Shown piece by piece: positions 43,104-53,313 of a stretch of 64,000 nucleotides of DNA. The stretch is from the IMG/VR virus record IMGVR_UViG_3300021077_000115, positions 302,064 through 366,063 of that record. One strand, written 5' to 3'. The position numbers and the translations under genes are program-made. The stretch's first letter is position 1. Every line of letters begins with the position of its first letter. Under the pieces are notes generated by a model. The model was not told the DNA's origin. It did not search any database and was given only the letters and a program-made list of their open reading frames with translations. This DNA is from a virus.

Positions 43104-43802
43104 TTATGTAAGCGGAGGCGAGAAGTAGAACAGAGCACGGAATGCTCCACCACTTGGGTTCAGGATTGTTCCTGATGGGCTCAAGGCAGCCGTTACCAAT
43201 GTGACCGGGGTTGTTACCAAGCTTCCACCCTTATAAGATTCGAAGTTCAAGAACCTTCCGACAATTGCATAACCATCAGAGTCAAAGTTCACCGAAGCGT
43301 TAGGTGTCAACAGACCAGCAGCCGTTGCGTACAACGGAGCACCAATCTTGAGGCTTGAGTTAGTTGGTACCAAGCCCGTGAGGACCGTGGTGTCAACTGC
43401 ATCCAAAGTCACAGCGTATGTACCTGGCTTGTCCCACAGAGTGACCTTGCCAGAAGCGTATGCCGTGTGTGGGCCCAAGTTAACTGCTGGAGCCTGTCCC
43501 AGACCATATGAATACTGTCCGGCGATTCCACCAATTAATGAACCAAACAAAGTTCCATATCCAAAGATACCTTCGTCAACCAACATAAGAGGACGATCAC
43601 CAGGAACCAAAACCGTAGTAACAACTGGTCGAGATGTTCCTACGTATCCGTCCTGATTCACATCAGCAGCTGCTTTATCAGCAGTGCGTGATACACCCTT
43701 AATCGTCGCGACTTCTCCACCCTTTAGGGTGATATAGATACCATCTGCGCCGTCAAATTGTCCTAGCGGTTGAATGCCAGGCTGAACAAGTTCTAATGCC
43801 AT
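43104..43802 (-). CDS. Putative head decoration or Ig-like surface protein (232 aa).
   Basis: A weak SD (aggaaataattATG) precedes the ATG. It lies immediately upstream of the putative major capsid gene in the same operon. Contains DGY motifs (NQDGYVGTS, DSDGYAIVG). Confidence 0.4.
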   Translation of the reverse strand: MALELVQPGIQPLGQFDGADGIYITLKGGEVATIKGVSRTADKAAADVNQDGYVGTSRPVVTTVLVPGDRPLMLVDEGIFGYGTLFGSLIGGIAGQYSYGLGQAPAVNLGPHTAYASGKVTLWDKPGTYAVTLDAVDTTVLTGLVPTNSSLKIGAPLYATAAGLLTPNASVNFDSDGYAIVGRFLNFESYKGGSLVTTPVTLVTAALSPSGTILNPSGGAFRALFYFSPPLT

Positions 43803-43867
43803 AATTATTTCCTATTTGCACCACTTCTTTGGTGCGCCATGCGTCTTACATCTTTAGGTCTTACTTA

Positions 43868-43905
43868 AGTCGGTTTATGGGAACCGAGACACCATAGTCT
43901 CGATT
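43868..43905 (-). promoter_or_regulatory. Two overlapping, mutually exclusive 6-bp hairpins in a 164-bp intergenic region upstream of the decoration-like and capsid genes.
   Basis: TCGGTT-tatggg-AACCGA at 43870-43887 and CGAGAC-accata-GTCTCG at 43885-43902 share 43885-43887. This is the largest non-coding gap in the operon. Confidence 0.35.
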
Positions 43906-43966
43906 TATAAGGTATCGAGCAACCTCTATAATAAATGCAACTGTAGTAGTAGATGAGAAATTATTT

Positions 43967-44476
43967 TTATACATTTTCTATCAAATTCGTCAGCTGCTTC
44001 ATACGCTCATCAATACTCATAGTTTTTGGCTGTTTTTCAGGGATTTTTGGAACACTTTTTTTACCAGAAGAAGGTATTTTTCTAGGTGTGGTACTGCCCT
44101 CGGTGCCCTGATTTTGATTACCCGTTGGGCTCCACTCATCAGAATTTGCGTCATCTTGTGAAATGAACATACTGTTCATTGGTGTTCCGCTAAGGCGATT
44201 AGGGTCGCTTGGATCACCAAGGTCATCAAGATTAGCTTGGCCAAACTTTGATAGTAGTGTGAGTGCGGCATCCACATCAGATATGGATGCATTTGGATTT
44301 AGCTGTCCATTGCGCCAAATCATTCCCCTTACAGATGGAACGCTTGCTGCAATTAGATTGTCGAGTCCCCTCATGACTCTGCGAAACTTCAAATCAGAAT
44401 CAATAGCAATGCTAGGAGATTTACTGTGTAAGTATCTCTTCCAGTCTTCTATTGTGTTCTGAGATCTCTCATCCAT
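43967..44476 (-). CDS. Hypothetical protein (169 aa).
   Basis: ORF overlapping the start of the next gene by 8 nt. Confidence 0.45.
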   Translation of the reverse strand: MDERSQNTIEDWKRYLHSKSPSIAIDSDLKFRRVMRGLDNLIAASVPSVRGMIWRNGQLNPNASISDVDAALTLLSKFGQANLDDLGDPSDPNRLSGTPMNSMFISQDDANSDEWSPTGNQNQGTEGSTTPRKIPSSGKKSVPKIPEKQPKTMSIDERMKQLTNLIENV

Positions 44477-45734
44477 TTAATCCTAAATTAGCAAGCAATT
44501 CGTTATTAAGATCACCCATCGATGGCTTTTGTGGGGTTGGCTGATTTGAGGCAATTTGAGCGTTAGTATTCGTCGGCTTTGGTTGCGCTTCTTTCGATGC
44601 GGCCTGAGCTAATGTCTCATGAATTTCTGGAGTCTTTTCTTTGGCGACATCAATAGCGCCTTGGAACTTTACAAGCTCTTGATCAATCGCCCCCAACAAA
44701 CCTCCACTTGTGCTCTCTTGCTTTCCAGGGGCAAATTGCTTGATGGTAGAAAATACATCGGCTTTACCTTCAAGGGCATAGATAAGTGTCTCTTCTGGAG
44801 TATCTGTGAATGAACGTGTAAGAGCGTGCAGCTTTGCTGACCAGGAACCTCTTTCCTCGGTATCTTCACTAGCCATAATACGAATCGCACTAGCCCATCC
44901 TTTGATAGCTCCTTTGATTTTGGCCAATTGATTCATGTAATTTGTAACTATTTGATGAGCGGCTTCAGCCTTCTTCTTTTCATCTTCTTGCTGAGCGGCA
45001 GAAATTGATTCATCAACAGAATGAATTGGAACAAGTTGAGTCTTTACATTGTATACTTGCTTTGCCATATTCATTGCATTAATCATATCTCTTCTGATTG
45101 GAGCTGCATAGGCTCGATCAGATAATGGATTAAGTGCAGTTATTACCTTCTGAGCATTTTGATAAACGTCCTCAGCTGGAGGAGCTCCCGAGAAGAAATA
45201 ATAACCCAGCCCCAATACTGCTGCCGCTATGCCGGCTACTGCTAAAGGGGCAATTGCCTCCTTTTTCATCTGGCGCTCTTCCAAACGCTGAGCACAAGAA
45301 TCAGCAAGTACCATCAACTTCTCTTCTTCTTGACTGTCAAGCGTAAACGCTGACCTTATCAAAGAATCTAAAAGTTCTTTTTTTGCCGCAACATATCGCC
45401 TTTGTGTCAGTTGCCCATTCGGCATCTTCAACGCAATATAGGCCATCATGTCCTGATGCTGTTGTTCATTTTCAACAACAGAATTCATTGCATCATAAGC
45501 ACGACCAACTGTAGCTGTTTCTGGATGAGCAAATTCAACAATGTTCTTTTTCTTTTCCGGCTCTGGCTCGATGTTGTATAGCAAACGAATAGCATCGTCG
45601 GAAAGTGAGTCATAACTTCGCGGCAAAGTGCCAGATTGGCCATCCTCTTCGGCCACCGAAATTAGCCCTTGAGCAACGGCTATCTTTTCAAATTCATCCC
45701 AAATATCATGGCTCATATTATTTTCTCCCTTCAT
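44469..45734 (-). CDS. Hypothetical protein (421 aa) with one predicted TM helix.
   Basis: Hydrophobic segment IAPLAVAGIAAAVLGLGYYFF. Start and stop overlaps link it to its neighbours. Confidence 0.5.
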   Translation of the reverse strand: MKGENNMSHDIWDEFEKIAVAQGLISVAEEDGQSGTLPRSYDSLSDDAIRLLYNIEPEPEKKKNIVEFAHPETATVGRAYDAMNSVVENEQQHQDMMAYIALKMPNGQLTQRRYVAAKKELLDSLIRSAFTLDSQEEEKLMVLADSCAQRLEERQMKKEAIAPLAVAGIAAAVLGLGYYFFSGAPPAEDVYQNAQKVITALNPLSDRAYAAPIRRDMINAMNMAKQVYNVKTQLVPIHSVDESISAAQQEDEKKKAEAAHQIVTNYMNQLAKIKGAIKGWASAIRIMASEDTEERGSWSAKLHALTRSFTDTPEETLIYALEGKADVFSTIKQFAPGKQESTSGGLLGAIDQELVKFQGAIDVAKEKTPEIHETLAQAASKEAQPKPTNTNAQIASNQPTPQKPSMGDLNNELLANLGLNG

Positions 45735-46791
45735 TCACGGATTTGAAAACATCATCAATGAACAGCTTCACAACCTCATCCCTTGATTTGTAGGGATCTG
45801 GAATAACCACTTCAAGTTGCCCAGGTTTCCAGTCCTCTGTTATTTCACGGACGGCATTCCAAAAAGAAGGTGTATTCAATATAATGCTTTTATATTGGTC
45901 TAGACTTGGATATGACTGCAATGCCCATTTCAAAAGCATTTCGTGAGGTTGCTGTCCATTTAGTTCTTCAACCCACATGTCACCTGGTTTTGTTTTGTAA
46001 ACATAAGAATTCACACCAGTAGGAGCTGGCGTCTGAGAACTACTAACCTGAGGTGCAGATGCTGCTGGTGTAATAGATCCTTGTCCAACTTCACCTGGCT
46101 TCTTTGAAAATGCTGAGGTAGCAACTCCAGCTACCGCAAGCAAACCAGCAGATAGAAGTATCGTTTTCAAGAACCACGACAGCAAGCCAACAATTATATT
46201 GCCCCTTCGTCTCGCACTAAATAGATTAAGTAAACCCTTCAATGGATTAAGCCAACCGCCTTCTGCACGATTGCGCTCAAGATATGAATTACTTTTACCT
46301 ATTGCTTCTTTGGTAAGTTGGCCTTTATTCCTCATCGCTCGTAATGGATAGAAAAGGTCATCAGCTTCGCCCTCTTCTGGCTGAGGTTCTGTTGAAGAGG
46401 TCTCTGAAGCTTCAGGTATGGCGGCTTGAGCTGCATTATTAATCTGCTCAGCGGTTACTGGTTTACCAGCCTCGATATCCGGCAAAATGGCATTCTTAAT
46501 TTTCTCGTAGATTGCTGTAAGATCATATCCAAAATGCTCTGCTATAGCAACCAAAGCGCCTAGTAAGGGATGAATACCAAAAAACAATGCTGGGGCTAAA
46601 AGATCTACAATCTTTCTTGGAGTGCTATAGTTTCCACCTACCAACGAAGAAACTTCATTACCAATACTTGGCAGAATAGCCGCTAGATCAAAAGCGTACT
46701 TCTCAAACCGATTGTCATTAAATTCAGCAAGAACCTGAAACGTTTCTTCAAGCAGAATTGTATCGGATACATACTGAATATCACCATTCAT
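45718..46791 (-). CDS. Hypothetical membrane-anchored protein (357 aa).
   Basis: TM segment IIVGLLSWFLKTILLSAGLLAVAGVATSAF. Translationally coupled to the next gene. Confidence 0.5.
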   Translation of the reverse strand: MNGDIQYVSDTILLEETFQVLAEFNDNRFEKYAFDLAAILPSIGNEVSSLVGGNYSTPRKIVDLLAPALFFGIHPLLGALVAIAEHFGYDLTAIYEKIKNAILPDIEAGKPVTAEQINNAAQAAIPEASETSSTEPQPEEGEADDLFYPLRAMRNKGQLTKEAIGKSNSYLERNRAEGGWLNPLKGLLNLFSARRRGNIIVGLLSWFLKTILLSAGLLAVAGVATSAFSKKPGEVGQGSITPAASAPQVSSSQTPAPTGVNSYVYKTKPGDMWVEELNGQQPHEMLLKWALQSYPSLDQYKSIILNTPSFWNAVREITEDWKPGQLEVVIPDPYKSRDEVVKLFIDDVFKSVNEGRK

Positions 46792-48593
46792 TATTGTCCT
46801 TTTCTAGCCCTTTCCATTCTTTCTTTATACTCTCTTCCCCAAACGCCAAGCAGACCCCTAATCTTATCTTCCCACTTACCAAGAAAATCATGCTGCTTTT
46901 CAAGGGTTGATTGAAGTTCATTATACTTTTGCTCCAGCAATCTATCATCATGCTTACCGCGCTCTTTCCAATCATTAAACTGATTGATTGCAGTAGTGCT
47001 CCACTCATTATAGATGTCCCTCAATGAGTCCCTAACCGCCGCTGCCCATGGCCCAAAATTCGCATATTTTTCAGCATCATTAGTACCAGCTACATTACTT
47101 AGAGCTATTTGTTCCCATCCACCAAATGACCAATCCTTAATATTTAGTTGTGGTAACAAACCTCCAATAGTCAAATCAGAAACAGATTTGCTTTGTCTGC
47201 TAGGAAAGTTCTGCATGATGATAAAATTACCAAGAGGTGGCCCTTGATTTGTTCTACCATAAGTATGTCCACTACTACCCTCACCTTCGCCCTCATCGCG
47301 TCGCTGATGAGCTTTACCAGTAGTTCCACCAGCTCCAGTGCCATGCAAAAGTTCCCTAATCATCTTCCTGGTTACAACTGGAACTTTTGGATTACCACTA
47401 GCTTTGATAGCTTTTATTAGATCGTTCTTTATATCATTCCAAGCATTGGATATACTTTCCATTTGTTGGGCATAAAACTTACCAAGTTGAGCATCATATT
47501 TATTTGCAATCTTACCTTTCCTATCTGGTCGTGGACTTGGCAAAGATCCTGGCTTTCCAGCGGTTCCATTCCACGCCCCATATAGTGCATCAAATTCTGC
47601 GTTTGCTCTTTGCAAAAACCATTTGATACTATCTTCAATAACACTCAGGCAGTGTGAATCAGAAGATTGAGCAGGGGCAACTGGAGCGGCCACGACTGGA
47701 GCAGCGTCTTGTCCTAATCGGAAAATAGTTCTATCCAAAATCTCACTTGCCAATTTTCCGAAATAATCATCTAATGCCGCAGTAGCTGGAGCTTTAGCGG
47801 GAGCTAGTTTAGGAGCAGGCTGAGGTTCGGAATCTAATGGATTACAAGGGAAGTGAGGTTTCAGCCCACTCATAAAATCAAAGAAGCTTAGAAGATCTGC
47901 TAAATCTCCCATTGTTACTGGATGACGTCCCCAACCAACACCAAACGGATCTGATAAACCAGAATCTGGAAGAGATGGATCAATAACATCAACAACAATC
48001 ATTCCAGATCCCTCGGCAACAGATTCAACAGATGTTTGAATGCCAAGCGCACCGAATATTCTTGAGATGTTGTTTATGTTCTCACGAGCCTTCTCAATCA
48101 ACTCTGCATCTTTCATTGATTGATATGGAATCGTACCAGTGCCTTCAGAAATTATTACGTCCTTGATGTTTAGCTGGGTCACCAAAGTCTTAATTGCAAC
48201 AAGTGCATCATGGGTATTCTTTCCCCATACACCATCGGCAGCTGCTGCACGCGATGAAGCCGACGATCCTGTTCTGGCAAAATGCACAGCCTGATCTGTA
48301 ATGAGCTTAGCAGTCACCTTGGTATTTGGATCTTGTTGCTGTAAAGTGATAACAACTGATTGAGCAACATCTGGTTTACTTAGCTGAGTTCCTAAATCAA
48401 CCATTAGGTTTTGCATTGTAGCAACTGTGCCATCAACATCTTTGTTGGTTGATTTAACGCCACCGGCAGGGGCTCCTCCACCACTAGGTGCGGCTCCGCC
48501 ATGTCCACCAGGAATATGAGCCTTTCCTGTAACGCCACCACCGCCGACGCCAACCCAAGAGGCTACGTCCTGCCCAGCAAACTTAGAAGTCAT
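46791..48593 (-). CDS. Hypothetical virion protein (600 aa) with a Gly-rich N-terminus.
   Basis: N-terminus GVGGGGVTGKAHIPGGHGGAAPSGGGAPAGG. Coupled to the next gene. Confidence 0.5.
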   Translation of the reverse strand: MTSKFAGQDVASWVGVGGGGVTGKAHIPGGHGGAAPSGGGAPAGGVKSTNKDVDGTVATMQNLMVDLGTQLSKPDVAQSVVITLQQQDPNTKVTAKLITDQAVHFARTGSSASSRAAAADGVWGKNTHDALVAIKTLVTQLNIKDVIISEGTGTIPYQSMKDAELIEKARENINNISRIFGALGIQTSVESVAEGSGMIVVDVIDPSLPDSGLSDPFGVGWGRHPVTMGDLADLLSFFDFMSGLKPHFPCNPLDSEPQPAPKLAPAKAPATAALDDYFGKLASEILDRTIFRLGQDAAPVVAAPVAPAQSSDSHCLSVIEDSIKWFLQRANAEFDALYGAWNGTAGKPGSLPSPRPDRKGKIANKYDAQLGKFYAQQMESISNAWNDIKNDLIKAIKASGNPKVPVVTRKMIRELLHGTGAGGTTGKAHQRRDEGEGEGSSGHTYGRTNQGPPLGNFIIMQNFPSRQSKSVSDLTIGGLLPQLNIKDWSFGGWEQIALSNVAGTNDAEKYANFGPWAAAVRDSLRDIYNEWSTTAINQFNDWKERGKHDDRLLEQKYNELQSTLEKQHDFLGKWEDKIRGLLGVWGREYKERMERARKGQ

Positions 48594-50332
48594 TATTTTC
48601 TCCCTTTGGCAGATTCTACAATTTTTCTCACACTGGACAAGAATATGTTCTTGTTAGGAGCATCAATGCCCATATCAGAAAGAGCCTCTTGAAGTTCAAC
48701 CCATGGCTTGTTCTGATACTCATCAATAATTTCTTTGAGTTGTTGTATCTTGTTAGAAATATTCACTGCTTTCTTAGCCACGTCTATATCTTCGCTTTGT
48801 GTTTGTTCGCCCCAATATGTAGATGCCGCTTCAAGCTGTGATGTATCCATAGTAAATGGCTGAAGCTGATCTGAGCTCGCCATAGACTTGTATTGATCCG
48901 AAATGGAGGTTCTTATACCATTTACCCAATTAACTATCTGATCAATAAGACCGGCATTCACTGCTCTCATTTGGCTGAATGTTGGTTCCTTGCTAAACTT
49001 AGCTAAAGCATCACTAATATCTTTTCCAATTCTAATCAATTGCCTCAGCGCAGTACTTACATCAGTTAGCCTGTCACCAGTCTTGATAGCATTCAACTCG
49101 GTATACAATCTTTCAGGAAGACTTCTCATTACTGTTTGAGCTTTCACAATCGTATCGTTGTTTTCTCCAAAAGCAGATACATATACAGCTCTAACCTGTT
49201 GGGCTAGCCATTGACAAGCGGCCCAAGCATTATCATTATTTGTAGCAAACTGAATTCCGCCAGCAAAAATGTAGGATGAATCGTTGTTAGGATTCATATA
49301 AGTAGATTCAAAAACCTGGCCAATACCAATGGCAGTAGATATCTTGCGAAGTGTATCTACTTGTGCCGTTGGAATAAGAGCATGAGCATTTTGTAGTTTT
49401 GTATATAGCGCTTCTGCAGTAACAGCTGGAACTTCGCCTTGCGTCAAAACACCTTCTGCGACAGCAACCTGTGCTACATTATTCCAAGAAGTAATGCTTC
49501 TTGGATTAACCTGAATGCCAGCTAAACGAGCAAAATAAATATATGCCACTTGTTGCTCTGTGCCTGCCGGATCTGTAAGAATAAATGCGTCTAAAGACGG
49601 AGCGCTCTTTCTGGCAGTGTCAAACTCTTCTAATGTGGTTTGGACATTTGCAAGAATAGCCCTTCTTGTCTTCGGAGTTTCTCTACTTACAGTTGATGTT
49701 ATTGGCGATATGCTTTGCTGGGGAGCTGCCTCTGAGGCAGCTGGTCCTCCTTGAGGCGCTCCTCCTTGGGAAGATGTATAATATCCTGGCGCTCCGCCCT
49801 CTTGCGCAACCTTATTAATCATCGAGGCCAATGTGGCCAATCGATTCATAGCCTGCTTTCCTGTAGGCTCCTTACGAGTTACAGCAAGAATTTTATCAGC
49901 GATACTCTGCATCGTTTCAAATGTTCCAAGATCTCCAGAACCCTCAATGAGATTCACGTCTCCATCGCGATGCGCAAAGTTAATCAAATCTTTATTTGTC
50001 TCTTGAGTAACATTATAAAATGCATTTTCTGCTTGCTTGAACATAACCAGCTTTTTTTCAAGATCTTCAGCTTGAACAATAAGACCTTTTCGTCTCATTG
50101 CATAAGCTAAGCGGGCGACATCAACAATGAGATCTTCAGAGGGAGAAGCATCAACTTCTTGATTGATGATTCTGGTTTGTTCAACCTCTTGGGCTGCAAG
50201 CTTAATTAGCTCGGAATCTGTGGGTTTGAAAAATCCCTTCTTCACAGCCTGACGCTCAAGTTCGCGGTATACTTCAGACTGATATAGATTATCTGTATAT
50301 TTTGAAAGCGTCATATTAATCCTCAAGGTCAA
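48593..50332 (-). CDS. Hypothetical protein (579 aa).
   Basis: ORF with stop-start couplings on both sides. Confidence 0.5.
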   Translation of the reverse strand: MTLRINMTLSKYTDNLYQSEVYRELERQAVKKGFFKPTDSELIKLAAQEVEQTRIINQEVDASPSEDLIVDVARLAYAMRRKGLIVQAEDLEKKLVMFKQAENAFYNVTQETNKDLINFAHRDGDVNLIEGSGDLGTFETMQSIADKILAVTRKEPTGKQAMNRLATLASMINKVAQEGGAPGYYTSSQGGAPQGGPAASEAAPQQSISPITSTVSRETPKTRRAILANVQTTLEEFDTARKSAPSLDAFILTDPAGTEQQVAYIYFARLAGIQVNPRSITSWNNVAQVAVAEGVLTQGEVPAVTAEALYTKLQNAHALIPTAQVDTLRKISTAIGIGQVFESTYMNPNNDSSYIFAGGIQFATNNDNAWAACQWLAQQVRAVYVSAFGENNDTIVKAQTVMRSLPERLYTELNAIKTGDRLTDVSTALRQLIRIGKDISDALAKFSKEPTFSQMRAVNAGLIDQIVNWVNGIRTSISDQYKSMASSDQLQPFTMDTSQLEAASTYWGEQTQSEDIDVAKKAVNISNKIQQLKEIIDEYQNKPWVELQEALSDMGIDAPNKNIFLSSVRKIVESAKGRK

Positions 50333-50648
50333 GCAGTGCTAAGCCATTCAAAAAGTTTGGATCTACCTTATCTTTCAGCTCTGGGTGTTGCTTTATTGCA
50401 TCCGCCGCCTTTTTGAGATATGCTTTCAACGCGGGGTCACTGGCAACCTTCTCGCGAAAAGCTTCAATATCAGCCATCACTTGGTTCTCATGATCGATAG
50501 CAGCGGTAACAGCATTCACCTTCTGAAGTTGCTCTCGCGCAAGCTCAGCTTGAGAATAGTTTCTCCACACTTCCGAGCTATTCATCACTCGTCTAGTCTG
50601 GTCATCGTCGAAAAAATCCTTCCAAACCTGATCGTTCATGTAAAACAC
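50316..50648 (-). CDS. Hypothetical protein (110 aa).
   Basis: ORF with SD AAAGGTG 8 nt upstream. Confidence 0.45.
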   Translation of the reverse strand: MFYMNDQVWKDFFDDDQTRRVMNSSEVWRNYSQAELAREQLQKVNAVTAAIDHENQVMADIEAFREKVASDPALKAYLKKAADAIKQHPELKDKVDPNFLNGLALLDLED

Positions 50649-50703
50649 CTTTAAATATGGCTATGGCAAACCTATTGGTATGCTTAGTTAGTGATAGTTT
50701 TCC

Positions 50704-51105
50704 TCAAAGCCACAAAATCTGCATGTAGTTCTTTTTAGAACCAGCCGGAGTAATAACCTTGGCCAATAAAAGAGCGCCCTCAAATGGTTGCCTACTGCTC
50801 AAAACACCATATTCATTACAGTATAGAGAGCTTCCAACTTTGATATCACTTTCCCTATCAAATCTATTCAAATCTACAATCATTCTTTGGGGATATACAT
50901 TTGCCATCTGCCTAAAATCTACAACATTACCACCAAAACAACGATTTCCTACCAATCCAAATGGAGCGCTTCCATCACATAAATCTATTACTAAATTATC
51001 TTTGTATTCAACAATACTAACAACATGACCCGGAGAAACGCTAACCCCTGGTTTTACGGGAAAGTGTATAGGATCTACGAATAAAGACTCGATAAGTTTG
51101 AACAT
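50704..51105 (-). CDS. Small paralogue (133 aa) of 51895..52590.
   Basis: Shared motif DGSAPFGLVG versus DGRAPFGIID, and shared C-termini ...ILWL versus ...FVWL. Confidence 0.5.
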   Translation of the reverse strand: MFKLIESLFVDPIHFPVKPGVSVSPGHVVSIVEYKDNLVIDLCDGSAPFGLVGNRCFGGNVVDFRQMANVYPQRMIVDLNRFDRESDIKVGSSLYCNEYGVLSSRQPFEGALLLAKVITPAGSKKNYMQILWL

Positions 51106-51107
51106 TG

Positions 51108-51923
51108 CTAAACCCCTGACGCTCTTTTTTGAGTCTCATCTGCTAGGGATACCGGCTTATTGCCCTTTTTGATATTGGCAATCGTTTCAAGCGGGCGAAG
51201 ATTCTCTAGAGCCCATAGCTTTTGAAAGTTCTCGCAATCAAGTGAATCAAAGGTAAGTTTGCTTTTAGGGATTATATGATCTATCTGCCAGGTAAGTTTG
51301 CTTTTATCATAAACGCCATAATTATCCCAATTCATCCATGTCTCCCACAAAGATTCGATGTGAGATTTCAATTCCGCTGCAGTATACGGTAATCGTTTGA
51401 ATATTTCTTTTTCAAGACTTTTGCTAACATGAAATGGTTTAGTGGCCAGAATAGATCTTCTTATATAGGCCGACACATTCATACTCAATCTATAAACAGG
51501 CTCAAGCCTTCGTTTGGAATAATACACCTTATGTGATTTCTTGATTACATCAGCATTATTAATAACCCAATTCTTGTAACTTTCTCCTTGACAAATTTTA
51601 CACCAGCTATAAACTCCAAGATTTGAACAGTTGGTTTTATGATATTGATCAATTGTTTTATATTGATTGCAATTGCTGCAAATTTTTCCATCAAGCTTTG
51701 GCTTTGCTCTCTTTTTTAGAGTTTGGTAATGCTGTTTTTGTTTGATTAAGATGATACTTCTATTCTCGGCATGATACTGATTATGGCATATTTTACATTG
51801 AGCCGACATACCATCAGACATAGACTTGTTTTTGTAAAATTCGCTTAAAGACTTAACCTCCTTGCATTTACAGCATTTCTTATCCATAAACACTCTATAA
51901 CCAAACGAATTCCAAAGTGCCAA
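51108..51923 (-). CDS. HNH homing endonuclease with an N-terminal multi-Cys zinc-finger region, inserted between two paralogous genes.
   Basis: Contains CCKCKE...CKIC..., then WQIDHIIPKSK...LENLRPLETIANIKKGNK. It is a paralogue of 13249..13935. Its 5' end overlaps the upstream gene by 29 nt. Confidence 0.75.
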   Translation of the reverse strand: MALWNSFGYRVFMDKKCCKCKEVKSLSEFYKNKSMSDGMSAQCKICHNQYHAENRSIILIKQKQHYQTLKKRAKPKLDGKICSNCNQYKTIDQYHKTNCSNLGVYSWCKICQGESYKNWVINNADVIKKSHKVYYSKRRLEPVYRLSMNVSAYIRRSILATKPFHVSKSLEKEIFKRLPYTAAELKSHIESLWETWMNWDNYGVYDKSKLTWQIDHIIPKSKLTFDSLDCENFQKLWALENLRPLETIANIKKGNKPVSLADETQKRASGV

Positions 51924-52590
51924 AGGCAGCCGTTGGTGGCCCGGTCACCATCGCTACTCCAGGATAATCTTCATTTGGTTGTGATGTGGTTAATTTTCCA
52001 TTTTCAGATACAAATAATATAGAATTCAATGGATAACGCTGATTTGTCTCATACATATCGCATTGGAAAATTCCTCGTTGGAACCATACAGTAACATGGC
52101 CACTTCCAAGCGTAGAGTCATCACCAGATACGTTTGGAATTTGATATGTGTAGCTAACAATGGTACGAATCGAATCCGGAATACCATCTCCATCAAAATC
52201 GAAGTTGAGCACTGTTCCGGCCGGGAATAGAACAACACCATTGCGGGCAATAAGTGCTACATCGACTGGTGATGTAATAAAGCTAGACGGAATGATGTTT
52301 GGATTGCGAAGTTCCCATTTCAAATCAACCGTAGTAACTAATTGGCCACCCTCTTCAACTGCTGACAAAACCGGAACAATTACTTCTTCATCAATTGATG
52401 GGGCTGTAAAGGCTCTGGTTTTGAAATCATCAATAATACCAAATGGCGCTCTGCCATCACTTACACCACAGACTAAGTTATTTCCACGTAAATAAAGCTG
52501 GGCAATCATTCCTGGTTCAAACTCAGCTACTGGATCAACTGGATATGATACTGGTATAGCATTTCCTATTTGTACAATCTTTAAACTCAT
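51895..52590 (-). CDS. Paralogue (231 aa) of 50704..51105, with a strong SD.
   Basis: SD reads gcAAGGAGAGGtATG. It lies immediately after a conserved terminator hairpin. Confidence 0.5.
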   Translation of the reverse strand: MSLKIVQIGNAIPVSYPVDPVAEFEPGMIAQLYLRGNNLVCGVSDGRAPFGIIDDFKTRAFTAPSIDEEVIVPVLSAVEEGGQLVTTVDLKWELRNPNIIPSSFITSPVDVALIARNGVVLFPAGTVLNFDFDGDGIPDSIRTIVSYTYQIPNVSGDDSTLGSGHVTVWFQRGIFQCDMYETNQRYPLNSILFVSENGKLTTSQPNEDYPGVAMVTGPPTAAFGTLEFVWL

Positions 52591-52621
52591 ACCTCTCCTT
52601 GCGAACTATAACAGTATATAT

Positions 52622-52652
52622 AACAAAGCCCCGGCAATACCGAGGCTCTGTA
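52622..52652 (-). terminator. Rho-independent terminator, a sequence paralogue of the one at 41944..41975.
   Basis: On the minus strand: AGAGCCTCGG-tattg-CCGGGGCTTTGTT. The same arms and flanks recur (AACAAAGCCCCGG...CCGAGGCTCTGTA on the plus strand), followed by the SD of the next gene. Confidence 0.6.
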
Positions 52653-52675
52653 CTGAAGAAAATATCTTCAAATTA

Positions 52676-53308
52676 TTATGTCATCAATCCACTGAGTTGC
52701 TGTACGGCAGCTGGGTTTTGAACCTGCTTGCCAATTTCTCCAACAATACGTGGCCAATTCGCTGCAAATGCCCAATCTTCTCCGTGTCCACCATTCTTTA
52801 CATAACTAACAAAATTCTGTGTATCTTCTGGGAGAGGGCCCTTTCCATATTGACCAAAAAGCCAATTTGCAAACTGAGGAGCATTGGCTAGTCTTGGATT
52901 TTCAGCCGCATTCTGGAACTTGAAAATATTGAAGTCGTCAACCTTTTCCATTACTGGAGCATTACCAACATCGCCATCATCAGCTTTTGCTTTATCTGCG
53001 TTTGGATGAAATGGTGTTACTGGTTTTGGTTCCTTCTTGAGCAATCCTATCATTCCAAATTCTTTAGGATCTAGTTTGCCCTTATCTGGCACTGTTGATT
53101 TTGGCGCTTCTTGTGCAATCTTCAAAATGGCACTGTAAGAAGCAGCCGCTGCAGCTTTTGCGATATCTTCCCAAGTTGGAGAAGTCTTAAAGCTTCTGCC
53201 CGCAACCTTCCAAACTGGTGGGTTGAGAATTGCATTATATGTAGCCAAAGCCGCTGCTTGTGCAGCTTTCTTGGCGATCTGTTCTTTACGTGTCATTATT
53301 TCCTCCAA
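52676..53308 (-). CDS. Hypothetical protein (210 aa).
   Basis: ORF followed by the terminator hairpin at 52628-52646. Confidence 0.45.
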   Translation of the reverse strand: MEEIMTRKEQIAKKAAQAAALATYNAILNPPVWKVAGRSFKTSPTWEDIAKAAAAASYSAILKIAQEAPKSTVPDKGKLDPKEFGMIGLLKKEPKPVTPFHPNADKAKADDGDVGNAPVMEKVDDFNIFKFQNAAENPRLANAPQFANWLFGQYGKGPLPEDTQNFVSYVKNGGHGEDWAFAANWPRIVGEIGKQVQNPAAVQQLSGLMT

Positions 53309-53313
53309 TATAT

